Source of the DNA: Camelus ferus | Taxonomy: Eukaryota | Direction: 5' to 3' | DNA: 64,000 nt | Assembly: GCF_009834535.1 (NCBI RefSeq) | Contig: NC_045696.1 | Location: 121,336,001 to 121,400,000, forward strand | Shown here: positions 24,437 through 36,540 of the stretch, piece after piece | How the letters are laid out: every line of letters begins with the position of its first letter | Numbering within the stretch: position 1 is the first letter of the stretch | Translations under genes and position numbers: made by a program | Notes under the pieces: generated by a model | Databases searched by the model: none | Told to the model about the DNA's origin: nothing | Seen by the model: the letters and a program-made list of their open reading frames with translations, nothing else

Positions 24437-25355
24437 AAAAAAAAAAATCTCCCCAAAGAGAATATACTTTGTATTCAGTAAAAGAGCTGGCGGTGGGGGC
24501 GGAGATTCGAGGGCCCCCTGGTTGAGGCATGGTTGCACTGAAATGGGGACGCTCTGGACTCCTCTGCACGGAGGAGCCCAAGTGGAGGCAGCCCGGAGGT
24601 GGTGCGCTTTCCCTCCCTGGGGTGCCCTTCCCCAGTGAGAGTCAGGAGTTGGTGGGTGGGTGTCCCAGCCTCCATGTTCTTGAAGCAATGATGCTATGCT
24701 TCCTTCATCACATCCTGAGACGCGAGCCCCAGCTTCCCAACTGCCAGGCTCCCGCACACCTTCTGCAAACACATCAGTTAGTACCAGCTTGAACTTCTGC
24801 CCCTCTATTTGTGCCTTCACACATTTTCAGTTCCTATTACTAGCTAACTGACACATCACCCATCATGCCCTAATTTCTTTCCTCCCACACTGCAGTCCCT
24901 TGTAAGTTTCCCCTGGGTCATCAGTTAAGTCCCTGCAGCTGCCTCAGAAGACTGATCAGCCCCGGGGTCCAAGTCAATACATGGGGGAGGGTCTCCAGGA
25001 GAAGAAAGTAGGTTAGTAGGGATTAACAGCCATGAAAGGAAGGGGAGAATGCAGGAGCCGGCCAAGGACAAAGACGAACCTCAGTGCAGGCCCACAGAGT
25101 CCCGGCCAGTCTGGGTGAGCCCTGAGCCCTGCCTGCTTGCCTGGCCCTGCCTTCAGCCATGTGGCAGGGCTCTAACATCACCTGGCGGAGCCACCAGACC
25201 CTCAGAAATGCATAGTCCTTGGCAGGTGTTCCTCTGCAACCAAAGGCTAGCCCGAAGGGTCTGAGAGCTGGAGGCGCTTTGGGGACCATCCTCTCCCCGC
25301 CCGACACACCTTCATCGACGGGGGTCTGGGTGGTGGAATGTCTGCATCTTCCAGA

Positions 25356-25371
25356 GGGGGGGGGGGGGGGG
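25356..25371 (+). repeat. G16 homopolymer
   Basis: Read directly from the sequence. Confidence 0.95.
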
Positions 25372-25599
25372 ACTGAAACTAACCTGAGATCTCCTCAGTA
25401 TTCTAAAGGAAACTTTGAGGCCTTGACCCAAGTGACTGCCTTCCTCCTTCCTTCCATCTTGTGTGGGAGTTAATTCAATAGGTTGACCTTCCCGCACTTG
25501 GCTCGAAGACCCCAGAGGGCAGAAGCTGGGAATTATGCATCTGAAGACCCCGCACCACACATAACAGGGCCCTTTACATAATGGAGGTGGGTAGATATT

Positions 25600-26645
25600 T
25601 TTACATAAAAACTAGGGGAAGACTGTACCAAGGCCCACGGGAAAAGGGATTGCTCAGGAGATTTTTGAACAATTGTTTGGGAAAGAAAAGATTCATTAAC
25701 ACCTACATCATCCCAAAATGAATGGCAAATGGATCAAAGTCTTAACTACAAAAACTGAAACCATCAGTGCAAGAAAACACAGGTAAATATGATTCTGATT
25801 TTGAAGGTATTCAAATTTTAGACGCAAAAAGAAACCACTAAGTAAATTCAGACTTTGCTTATATAATGTTTAAACTTCCTGTTTAAAAAAAAGGAAAACA
25901 TTTTAAAGACAAACAATTTGGAAAATATCTGAAACAGGTCAAGTCTTAGTTTTAAGAAACAAAGAGTTTATACAAGTTGATAAGGATAATAAAAATATCC
26001 TAATGGGAGAAAGAGCAAATGATATAAAAGTACTTTTCCAAAAAGAATACAAATGGCCAAGAAATACATAGAAAAGGTCTAGCCACTTCAATAATCAAAT
26101 TGCTTGCAATTTTAAAACTGAAGAGAAAGTTTTCCATTTATCCAGCTGACAAATTTTGAAAAGATAATGCTGTAGGCAAAGATTGGGGAGATGAGATTTA
26201 CATATAGATTTGGAGGCAGAATAAATTTATATCATCTTTCTTGAGGACATTTTTGCCGTGTGCATAGAAAGTCTGTGATCATTCTACTTTTAAGAATTTT
26301 CTGTAAAATTAACTGAGATGTAAACACTGATAAATATCCAACAATAGAGGAATCAGGATGAAATAAATTCTGGTTTATCCACTTACCGTGAAGCTATTAA
26401 AAAACATCACTGAAGAATATTTAATGAAATTAGAAAGTGCTTAGGTTAAAAGTCCTTAGGAAAAAAGTCATACACAATAATATGAATCTAAATTCACTTA
26501 TAAATATATTTATACATATGCATATACACACACACTAGATGAACAGAAATTAGTGATGATTAGGTCAGGAGGGTAGAATATAATGATAGTTTTTCCTTAT
26601 TTATTCTTTTCTCTGTTTTCAGAATTTTTACACTGTGTACATTTC
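25600..26645 (+). mobile_element. Ancient L1 (L1ME-like) ORF2 end/3'UTR
   Basis: A-rich, with decayed L1 blocks aaatggatcaaagtctt, aagaaaacacaggtaaata, gaatacaaatggccaagaaatacat and taaatatccaacaatagagga. Confidence 0.8.
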
Positions 26646-27019
26646 AGAGAACTCACCCAAACACACATACACACTTTTAAATAAGAAGCTAGTAACAGCG
26701 TAAGTTCAGCCTCCCCCTGCCCTTCCACCAGCCACCCGCCTTTACTACTCACTCCCTCATCTTTCTTGCAGAAATGATACCTTCGCCCTCTCCGTTTCCT
26801 CTAGTGAAAACACTAGAGGTGACTGTCCTGTCCTGACACTGTGCCAGGTGCTGTGGGGTGTGACAGACACACGCTCTGCAGGTACACGTCTGACTCAGAA
26901 TACGAGCTGCCTGTCTGGGCCACTCCTTCACACTCTCAGAGATTCACCATCCTCCTTTGCAAACCAGGGTTACAAGGTTGTAAACATCCACCCAGTATCA
27001 CTGTGGCAAGAACAGGATG

Positions 27020-27262
27020 GGTACCACAGTTCACAGCACAGACTCAGGAGTCAGAGCGTGTTGGTTCAAATCCCAGCTCTGTTAGGTGCTGGCTTGACCA
27101 GGGCCACGTTATTTAACTTCTATAAGACATGGGGGCCCCTATTTAGTAGGGGATAATAATAGTGACCATATACAGGGGGTTTGGAGAAGCACACGGGTTA
27201 ATAAGCACATGGAGCAGTCCTGGTCCATTGTGCACACTAAGCCAGTACTTTCTACAATTATT
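27020..27262 (+). mobile_element. MIR SINE
   Basis: gactcaggagtcaga...ggttcaaatcccagctctg...ttatttaacttct...ggggataataatagt. Confidence 0.85.
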
Positions 27263-28534
27263 CAATGAGGCATCTAACACAAAGTACCATTAAAGAGATG
27301 CAATTCAGTTAATTAAGAATCTGAGTATCTACTATGTGCCAAGTTCTTCCAAGGAATCCACGATACCTGAATACATAACCTCTGCATTTGAGAAAGTCAT
27401 GATTTTGAAAAGAAGGCATGTACAGAAAGAAAAAAATAATCCCCAAGAGGATAAAGTATATCAAGCTGGGCACCCAGGAGCCTGGAAAAGGGGTCCTTGG
27501 TCAGTCCAGGAGTTCCAAGAAGGAGATGATACTGAGCTAAATAAAGATGAACGCATACAGTAGGCGCCCAAGCCATGTCCATCACCCCCCTCAGTCCATC
27601 TCCTCCTGATCACCTCCTCTATCAAGTCCTTCAAGAAGACTGGGTGACAAGAACGCGGGGGGCACACTGGCCCTCCTCCCAGCTCATGGCCCACGCCCAC
27701 CTCAGGCAGCTGGCCGTCACTGTGAACTTGCACTTGTGGATGACACGCTTCTGACATTTCAAGGTCCTCTCTCCTGCCCTTGCCAGCCAGCTCTGGGGGT
27801 TCTGTACGTCTCCTCCATGGGCTGGCCGGACCTTTAGTGAAAGGCTATGCTGGCCCCTGCGCTCACAAACCTGTAAATACCCATGTCTTGCTGTCACAGA
27901 GTCTTAAGAACAGGGGGACATGTGAAAAATCAACCAAGCTCCCGAGCCAACACTCCCCCAACAGGGGAGCTTCTTTGTTCTGCAGGCCAAGTGGGGCCTA
28001 TTGGGAGACCCTCCCACCCCAACAGAGCTGGTTTTGTTTGCCAGTCACTCCATGCCTGGCTCTAATTGGCACCTTTCTTAGGAGTCTGATTCAGACGTTC
28101 AAATCTCTTCAGTACAGGTCAAAAATGGGTCAAGCCTGGTGAGAGCTATTTGGGAAGGCCAGCTGCTCCCTCTGGCTAGAAATCCTGTCCTCTTCTTCCC
28201 CTTGCTGATTCCTGCCTGTCCTCTGAGACTCAGTGGTGGCATCACCCCTCCTGAAACCCCCCCTCTGACTCTGCTTTCCAGTCCAGTGAGATGCCAGCAG
28301 CAGCAGCACTAACCCCACCAGTAACATTAGAACAATTCTCTTTCCCACTTTAAACCATGAGTTTTTCTGAGGGTGGTTATTATACCTTTGACCTATAGCC
28401 CGGCGCCAGCACATGGTGACCTGGCATAGAGTAGGCATCCAATCAATGTCTGATGAGTAAATAAAGGAAGAGTGATAAAAAAATAAACTGCTCAGGCAAG
28501 TCAAGTGTATAACTTAATGTAATGGTAACGAGTA

Positions 28535-29120
28535 ACATGCATCCCAATGTTCACAGCAGCACTATTTACAATAGCCAAGACGTGGAAGCAACCTAAATGC
28601 CCATCGACAGAGGATTGGATAAAGAAGCTGTGATATATTTATACAATGGAATACTACTCAGCCATAAAACGAATGAAATAATGCCATTTGCAGCAACATG
28701 GATGGACCTAGAGAGCATCATTCTGAGTGAAGTAAGCCAGAAAGAGAAAGAAAAATATCATATGATAGCACTTACATGTGGAATCTAAAAAAATAAAAAA
28801 GAGGACACTAATGAACTCATCTATAAACATCGCAGACATGGTAAACAATTTTATGGTTACCAGGGCAAAGGGGGTGGGAAGGGATACATTTCGGAGTTTG
28901 AGATTTGCAAACATTAACCATTATATGTAAAAACAGATAAAAAACAAATTTCTTCTCTATAGCACAGGAAACTATATTCAATAACTTGTAATAACCTTTA
29001 ATGAAAAAGAATGTGAAAACAAGTATATATGTATGCATATGCATGACTGGGACATTGTGCTGTACACCAGAAATTGACACATTGTAACTGACTATACTTC
29101 AATTAAAACAAAACCAAAAA
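28535..29120 (+). mobile_element. Young L1 3' end
   Basis: ORF 28597..28788 contains NEIMPFAATWMDLESIILSEVSQKEK (end of ORF2p). 3'UTR ends atacttcaatt plus A-rich tail. Confidence 0.96.
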
Positions 29121-29321
29121 ACGACAGCAGAGCAAATCCTAGGCAGATATACACCCTCAAAGACCCCTCCTGGACTGTGTCTTCTCGGGCTTCACAGTGC
29201 GCCACCCACAGCCATTCAGAGCTGCGCACACAGCTCACCTCCCTCAGTAAGGGGCATTCAAACTCTTTTCTTGTCTTACGTTTTTACCACATAATGAATA
29301 CATGACTATCACTGATTTTTT

Positions 29322-29456
29322 TTTAATTTTTGTTGTGTTTTTTTAGGGGGGGTAATTAGGTTTATTTATTTATTTTTAGAGGAGGTACTGGGGATTGAAC
29401 CCACAGCCTTGTGCATGCTAAGCACATGCTCTACCACTGAGCTATACCATTGCCCC
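29322..29456 (-). mobile_element. tRNA-derived camelid SINE (Vic-1-like) with TSD
   Basis: SINE body as above. TSD ctatcactgatttttt (29306-29321) / ctcttactgatttttt (29457-29472), followed by aaa (L1 endonuclease site). Confidence 0.92.
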
Positions 29457-29736
29457 CTCTTACTGATTTTTTAAATGCAGATAAATAAAACAAAGAGCCC
29501 AAACACTGTTAACATTTTAAAAAATCAAATTCTTTCCAAGATTTGGATGCTGGGAGGTATTTCTCACGTGGGACTCACATGGCAGCACGGAGTAAACGAA
29601 GTTCTCAGTCAGAGTTGTACAGAAAACAAGGTGCAGTGCTTGGCATGTCAGGGTCTCTCTCCATAAACATCAAGAAAATACAACTCCCTGGTGGTAAATA
29701 TTTGAGGTGCTGAATATTTTTTAAAATACATATTTT

Positions 29737-29915
29737 CATGGTGGTGACAGATGCACATCAGTGTGAGTGTACTTAATGCCACAGAACTGTACACCAAGAA
29801 TGGTGAAAATGGTCAATTTCATGTTACATACATCTTCTATCCACCCATCTGTCCATCCATCCATCTTACCTGTCTGTCTGTCCATCCTCCGGTCAATCCA
29901 TCCGTCCATCTATCT
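29737..29915 (+). mobile_element. Old L1 3' tip (L1MB-like) followed by degenerate (CCAT)n
   Basis: tggtggtgacagatgcaca...gtacttaatgccacagaactgtacac...aatggtgaaaatggtcaatttcatgtta, then ccat/ctgt repeats. Confidence 0.8.
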
Positions 29916-31719
29916 ATATCCCCCAGTGGTCACTTTGAAATTATCCTAAACTATGACTGCAACATGAGGCTCAGTGGCCACATGGCCATTCAGAATGAAG
30001 GTTGGTGTCCTTGGCCTCAAAGGAAAATGACCCACAAGAAGGTCCACCACATGCCTTAAATGAGTCATCTCCTTGCTTTGTGCTTATACGCCACCTAAAA
30101 CAGTTTTGAAAGGCTATAAATCCACTTAAACTGGCATCTAAGCTGGCATCTAAAACATTTCATCACAGGTTTCAATAGCTGCAAAGAATATAGTATTCAG
30201 CATGTTTTAATTCTGCCTTCTTAAAATTGTTTGAAATCTAAAGAATAGAAATTTGAAGCCATGGTGATTTATGTTATTATCTATCGAATATCTATCAAAA
30301 AATACTTGGACAAGCTCTTCATTAACAAATTTTATAAACCTCCTTTCTTCCTTTCAAACTGGATTTCCATTTTACTTTCCTCATAGAATTTTGTCACAAT
30401 GAAATATCATTTCATGCTTTAAAATGTTTTATTAATCACTCTCTCATACCTCTTTGTGACAAAAATCTGTTATAAATGTGAATCTTTTTAAAAAGTTTTC
30501 TGTAACCCGAAAGGTTAAGAATTTTAATTAGGACTGAGTTATCATTACAATTATGAGTACAGAATTGATCAAAACAATGAAGTATCTTCTAAATTTTCAT
30601 AAATAATTAGAGTTAAAATTATAACTCATCTTAATGAGATGAATGACTATTCCTCCTATAATTACTTTATGTATTCATGGGTAAATATGACCAATATTTA
30701 TCAATCTCTAGAATAAATTAGATTCAGCCTCCATTGCATTTCTATTTTTCATTTTTATAAATGCTTAGAACTGAGAAATCTTTTCTTGTAAACAAATGGA
30801 CACAAATAAAAGTTTTATAATAGCAGTGCCACTCAATTTCTTGTACCCCTTCCAAGTTATATGTCAAAATCACAAAGTGATTCATCATCAAAAAGCATTT
30901 TTAATGATCCAGCAACTGACAAGTCAATTAGACTACCTTCAATTTTGTAGAAAGTCAAGAACTGGAAAACCTGACTTTCAGAAAGATCTGTTGATTACTC
31001 AGTCACGATAGTTGTCCACTTTCTCAATACCTACACCAACATTTTAAATGGCCCCCTGCTTAGCACGTAGGAGGTTTATGTAAATCAAGAGGCGGTGACG
31101 TACCATAGACAGAACCCCAGCACCAACAAGTCCCTTTTACTTGATAAAGTGGGAGAAGGGTGAGTTCCTAGGCAGTTCACCTTTAGGAAACAGTACAGAC
31201 AGAGCTTGAAGATCTGTAAATTAAGCCCTGTGTACTCTGTGGAAAATCTTCACGTTCCTTGGGGATGTGCCTTTCTGGATCTAAAGAATGTTGCCCTAAG
31301 CCAGTCAATCAACAGACCAGACAAGACTGGGAAAGGAGATAAATTACTGACAACCTTGTGGTATGGAGAAATTCATAAATGAGTCTCTGGGAAGGTGACC
31401 TCCACGCCACAGCCACTGGGTGCCCTTGGGCCATGATGGCGGCTGACTTCCCCTCTCCTAGGCCATTTGCCTAAGTATTTCAGTTGTTTTCTCTAAAAGG
31501 ATTGATTCACTTCCACCACTAAGTGAACCACTTCACTGGTATTAAGGCTGTCAGAAGACATCGTTAAGTTATTTTCCTCTATTTCAGATTCTTTTCACTT
31601 CTTCAAGAAAGGTATTTTAATACCGTTATAAGGATGTTCTTTCTACACAGAGCCATTATTTCCAAAGTTAATTCGCCCCAAAAGCATCGACGTGCCTTAC
31701 ATCCCCTAAACATCACCAC

Positions 31720-32730
31720 ACCCCCATACTCTGTCCACACTCAAGGGAATCTCAAACTATGGCTTGAAATACCATCGATATACCATACAAACTCACAATT
31801 TTCTCTGCACTGCCCTCATCTCTCTCCTAAATTCCTATTGTGAATAAATGACAGCCAATCAGACACATGAAAATCTGACACACAGCCCCAACATCACATG
31901 CGAGATGGAAGTTTTTATCCCACTTTCTCAACTTCCAAAAAACATGCTTCTCCTCAGGAAGGTCTGTTTCTGTAAACGCACCACAATACACTGAGTTCCC
32001 CAAATCAAAAATCATTCATCTTTTCCCGTACCCTCAAATCCAATCCATCAGCACATAAATATGTGAGGATGTGAAGGACCACACCCCACGTTTCCCCTCT
32101 CCACCCACTTCTCTCTCCACTACACTAAGACCCCATGGGTATCTGCCATGGACTTGGGAGAGTCCCTCATTCTGGCCCCCTGCTACCTCTCAATCCATCC
32201 TCTACACAGGAGCAAGAATGACGTTTTAAACATGGAAATCACATCATGTCACTTCTCTGCTTAAAGTCCTTCATGGTTTTCTATTTTTCTTAAAACAAAA
32301 TCCAAATTTCTAGAAGAACCTATAAGGCTCTAGATTGGTGATTTTTCACCTGTGATTGGGACCACTTGGAGAACCTGGAATAACCACAAGAGCAGCAAGA
32401 GCAACAACAACAAACACAGTGGCCCACCCTAGACTAACCCACAGGAATCTCTCTGGGTGGAGCTCCTGCATTTTGATATGTGGTGTGAGGTGACAACCAC
32501 TGCCTAACAAGATATGACTCTGTCCATTGCTCTGGCCACTTCTCCAATCACTCTCTCTCTCACTCCCTAAAATCCAAAACTATTGAGCCATTTTTTTTTA
32601 ACACAACAGATCTGTGCCTGCCCCAGGACATTTGCACTTGCTGCTTCCACTCTCTGGGGTGTTTTATACCCAGGTTGTCATGTTGACAGGCTCCCTCTTA
32701 CCATTCAGGTCTCAGCTCAAATACCACTTC
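31720..32730 (+). mobile_element. L2 LINE fragments, with a probable MER5-like hAT insertion at ~32330-32505
   Basis: L2 3' blocks aaatccaatccatcagca, aaatcacatcatgtcacttctctgcttaaa, aaaatccaaatt, ccccaggacatttgcacttgctg and ttcaggtctcagctcaaata. Confidence 0.75.
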
Positions 32731-33075
32731 TTCTAGAGTCATGGGGGACTAGGCAACAGACTTGCAAACCCCCACGTCTGTGTGCCTGAGGTCAAAGTTC
32801 TCACACAGGAAGTTACCTTCATGCATTCTCCGCTCACTCACTTAACATGTACCCTCTTTCTATATGCTTGTGGGCAGTGGCGGCCCTCTGGGTCCTTGCC
32901 TACAGTGTGCAGCCGTCCTGAGAAGCCTGCAGGGCTACCAGGCTCTCACATGCCAAGCCAGCAGGAGCCGACTCTGACTGCCTCTTAGGAATGACACTTC
33001 TCCCTGGAGATGTCTCCTGACACAAAGACCCTTAAAATCATCCTTTAGTGACTTTCCCCCCAAAATACCTATGGA

Positions 33076-33682
33076 TAGCAGCACTATATCCAATAGCCAA
33101 CCTAAATGGAAGCAACATAAGTGTCCATTGACAGATGAATGGATAACGAAGTTGTGGTATATTTACACAATGGAATACTACTCAATGATTTAAAAAAAAA
33201 AAAAGAATAAAATAATGCCATTTGCAACAATACGGATGGACCCAGAGATCGTCATTCTAAGTGAAGTGGGCCAGGAAGAGAAAGAAAAATACCACATGAT
33301 ATCACTCATATGTGGAATCTAAAAAAAAAACCCAAAAAACAAAAAAGAAGAAGAAAAAGAGGACACTAATGAACTCATTTACAAAACAGAAACAGACTCG
33401 CAGACACAGTGAACAATCTTATGGTTACTGGGGAAGGGGGGTTGGAAGGGATAAATTTGGAGTTTGAGATTTGCAAATGTTAGCTACTATATGTAAAAAT
33501 AGATAAAAAACCAAATTTCTTCTGTATAGCATAGGAAACTATATTCAATATCTTGTAATAACCTTTAATGAAAAAGAATATGAAAATGAATATACATATG
33601 TATATGCATGACTGGGACATGATGCTGTACACCGGAAATTGACATATTGTAATTGACTATAGTTCGATTTTAAAAAAAAAAA
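33076..33682 (+). mobile_element. Young L1 3' end with TSD
   Basis: L1 ORF2 end plus 3'UTR plus A-tail. TSD aaaatacctatgga (33062-33075) / aaaagacctatgga (33683-33696). Confidence 0.96.
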
Positions 33683-34084
33683 AAAAGACCTATGGAAAAG
33701 CCAGTTCAATTTTGGAAATTATTTTTTCAGAGATGCAGGTGACTTGAGCATAAAGCTCTTAGCAGTAGAATGAGTCTCAACTTAGATGACCGAGCACAGT
33801 TTAGCTATAAAGGGATCTCCGTGTAGCCCACGACTTTCAGTATGCTGGTAGGACTTACTCTGACAGACAGCATCACATCTTTCAAAGAACTCGCACCGAT
33901 ATTCTTCCTTTTCATATCACAAAAACCTGACAGTAAGGCTGGTACCAGAGTTCCTGCATTCAGATGGGCAGCCTGCACCCTGCTAACGCCTGCCTGGCCG
34001 AGGAGGTGAGAAGGGAGTGTAAATCCAGCCCTTTCCAAGCCCGTCCTGGACTCAGTCCAGGGGAAAGGGTGTTTTTCTCAATTT

Positions 34085-34103
34085 CAACCACCAGAGGGGG
34101 GCA
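34085..34103 (+). promoter_or_regulatory. Candidate CTCF motif
   Basis: ccaccagagggggg compared with core CCASYAGRKGGCRS has one core mismatch. Motif match only. Confidence 0.35.
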
Positions 34104-34959
34104 TTTTTCTCATTTCTGCAGAGGAGCCATCCGTGGCAGAAGCAGCCCTAGCAGTACTGTTATTTTTGCTTATTGTTTGTTTATTGTTCTATTTTGCAGA
34201 CAGCAACTCTGTTATTCAGAGGTGAAGTACCCTATCCCAGTGGAAAATATCTCAGCGAGTCAAAAAGCTGCTAGTGAGTTGACAAAAAGTCAGGACCTCT
34301 TTCCACCATCACTGGCAGTGTTGCTACTGGTGCTCTGCGATGATCTCTGGTTTGTAGCCAACGCCTACAGGGGAGCCCAGAGTGGGAGCATGCTCACCAA
34401 AGCACACAGCTAATGCCAGCTTGCACTTCCACGGGAGTCCTTTATCTTCTCAGGGCTCCTTCTCCTCCCTAGGAAACAGAGGGGCAACTCAGCATCATAC
34501 AGTCCCTTCGGGCTCTGATATCTTTGGCTTGAGGAAGGAGTGGAGTTTTTTCTGATGGAGAAGAGAATGTGCTTTATTCTTTCACACGCTGTCCAAGTTT
34601 CCCTGAATCACAGCCATCCTATGAGGCAGCTTCGGCCACATTAAGCCACTGTGGAATCATCTTCAGCCTCATTAACTACTCCAGGGGGTTTGTGTGGTCA
34701 CTGCCAACCTCCCTTTTTATCAAACTTGTTGAACTGAACCCCTAACTGGGAAGAAGTCAGGTGTCCCATCACCAGGGCTCAACTGCCGACGCGTTCATTT
34801 ATTCTGGACCTGCTCCCTCCGGTCAGGAGCACACACCCACCCACAGCTTCCCGCTAAGAGAAGGGTGTGCCAAGCCCGACCCTGCAGTCTCTGGAGGAAA
34901 TTATGAAGACTGGAGGAAGGATGCAAAATACCTCTTCCCTAAGTCCGTTCCAACCGGAG

Positions 34960-35010
34960 TGCTCGCGGCCACGCCCCCAGCCCCTTCCGCCTCCGCCCCC
35001 TCCCTTCTCC
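34960..35010. promoter_or_regulatory. KLF/SP (GC-box) cluster, candidate promoter or enhancer
   Basis: gccacgccccc (34968-34978), ccgcct and ccgccccc (34993-35000) lie within 40 bp of unique sequence with retained CpGs. Confidence 0.5.
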
Positions 35011-36039
35011 CTAGACCCTCCCTGGGAAATGGATTGAACCCCACCTGATGCTCTCTAGGGAGAATGCATTCAATCAGGAGCTTCCCAAGGTGCTTCCTTC
35101 CCGGTACAAAAAGCTGGAAATGTCAGTGCATTTGCAAATGAACAGAAACCTCCCAAAGAGCATCAGTGCCGCTGAGGCTCACAAGAGCAGACGGCAGGAG
35201 CCTTCCTCTCACAGCCGCTGCTTTGTTGTCAGAATAATAGAAGCCTGCGCTTCTCCTCTAATGATGCTGGGCAGGTTCCACTGTCTCTGTGAAGGCAACA
35301 ACCCTTTCCCTCCAACCAGAAGACCGCACAGTCCTTCTCTGCACAGGGCCCGAAGGGTTCCTATTCACTCCACATGGTGCCAGTTGGCTCCAGCCTCTGG
35401 ACGTGCATTTACTTAAGTTCTGCACCACACTGTATGATTCAACTCTGCAGGTCACCGTGGCTCTGGTTTTCCTGAGACACTTGAAATGCCGGCCACTTCA
35501 ACATTACCTTCTTGTCATTCTCATTTGTCAAGGGAGAGACACAGGAGACTTCGTACCCTCATAATTTGCAAGCAAGTCCTGCTTTCCGTGATTTAATATT
35601 TCCTGAGCAGGTAACCCTACTCTGGTGAAGGGAGGGCTCTGAGTCAGGAGTCCGGAATGTCCTCAGCCTCTTGGGGATGTGCCCCTGGTTTCTTGAGCAC
35701 AAATAACCATGATGGGGCTGGCTCTTGCCACTGGCTCATCAAGGCTGACTGGTTTGTCGTGTGATGGAGGTTCCGCCCAGAACACAGCCCAAGGCAACCA
35801 GACATCCCATCAGACACAAGGCCGCATTACTAGACTGCTAAATGAACATCCTTGAAGGGGCCACCTCTCAGGACACCTGTCACATTTTTGTTTGATTCTG
35901 TAGGAACCAGGAGCACAGAAATGAGAGGGTCTAGGTACAAACCTTGTTAATACTTCAGAGCCCATGGCTGCAGAAAACGGGAAAGTGTTTTATTCACTCC
36001 TGTAAGGAACGGCTGTATCAGTGTTAGTGATGTTCTGAG

Positions 36040-36320
36040 ACGGACCGACTGCCCTGTTCAGACATCGCACCTCAGCGCCTCTTATATCAAAACTCACCGA
36101 GGAAGACACGCCGGGACTCACCTAGAAGTGGGCCGGGTGAGCGAGACTGCCCGGCCTCAGCTGCTCTAACACCAAGCCAACGTGGTGCTTATGAGGAGAG
36201 GGCTTAAGGCCTCTGTCACAGACTCCTGCCCGCTAGGTGGGTCTCCGGGCGTGCACGCGGGAATCCGCTTGATCACCACCGAGGACCTCTTCTGTTCCAT
36301 AGCTCATGATCACGGGCAGA
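36040..36320. promoter_or_regulatory. Small CpG-rich cluster with two minus-strand splice donors
   Basis: About 20 CpGs in 280 bp by eye. Minus-strand TAG|gtgagt (exon end 36122) and TCG|gtgagt (exon end 36098). Confidence 0.4.
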
Positions 36321-36540
36321 CAAAACAGGACAGGGTTCCCACCCTCAGGAATACAACAATCCAAGAGAGTCAGATACATAAACAGACACTTAGAAATATG
36401 AAAACAGGCTAGGAATGATGTTAAAGACACACACAGTGATCTAGAAAGTGCCCCCTGCTGCATGGTCTAACCCAGCCAGTGAAGGGTGGTAAGAACATCT
36501 TTCTGGAAGAGGTGACCCTGGAGCTGCCTGGGAGGTGAGA
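36300..36540 (-). mobile_element. L2 fragment
   Basis: acaaaacaggacagggttcccaccctcagga...tctttctggaagaggtgaccctggagctg is typical reverse L2. Confidence 0.65.
36446..36464 (-). promoter_or_regulatory. Candidate CTCF motif
   Basis: Minus strand catgcagcagggggcactt. Core GCAGCAGGGGGCAC differs from the consensus only at the first position. Confidence 0.5.

Noticed and set aside
33964..34413. 149-aa ATG ORF
   Set aside because: No domain or recognisable family and no gene context. ORFs of this size occur by chance in 64 kb.
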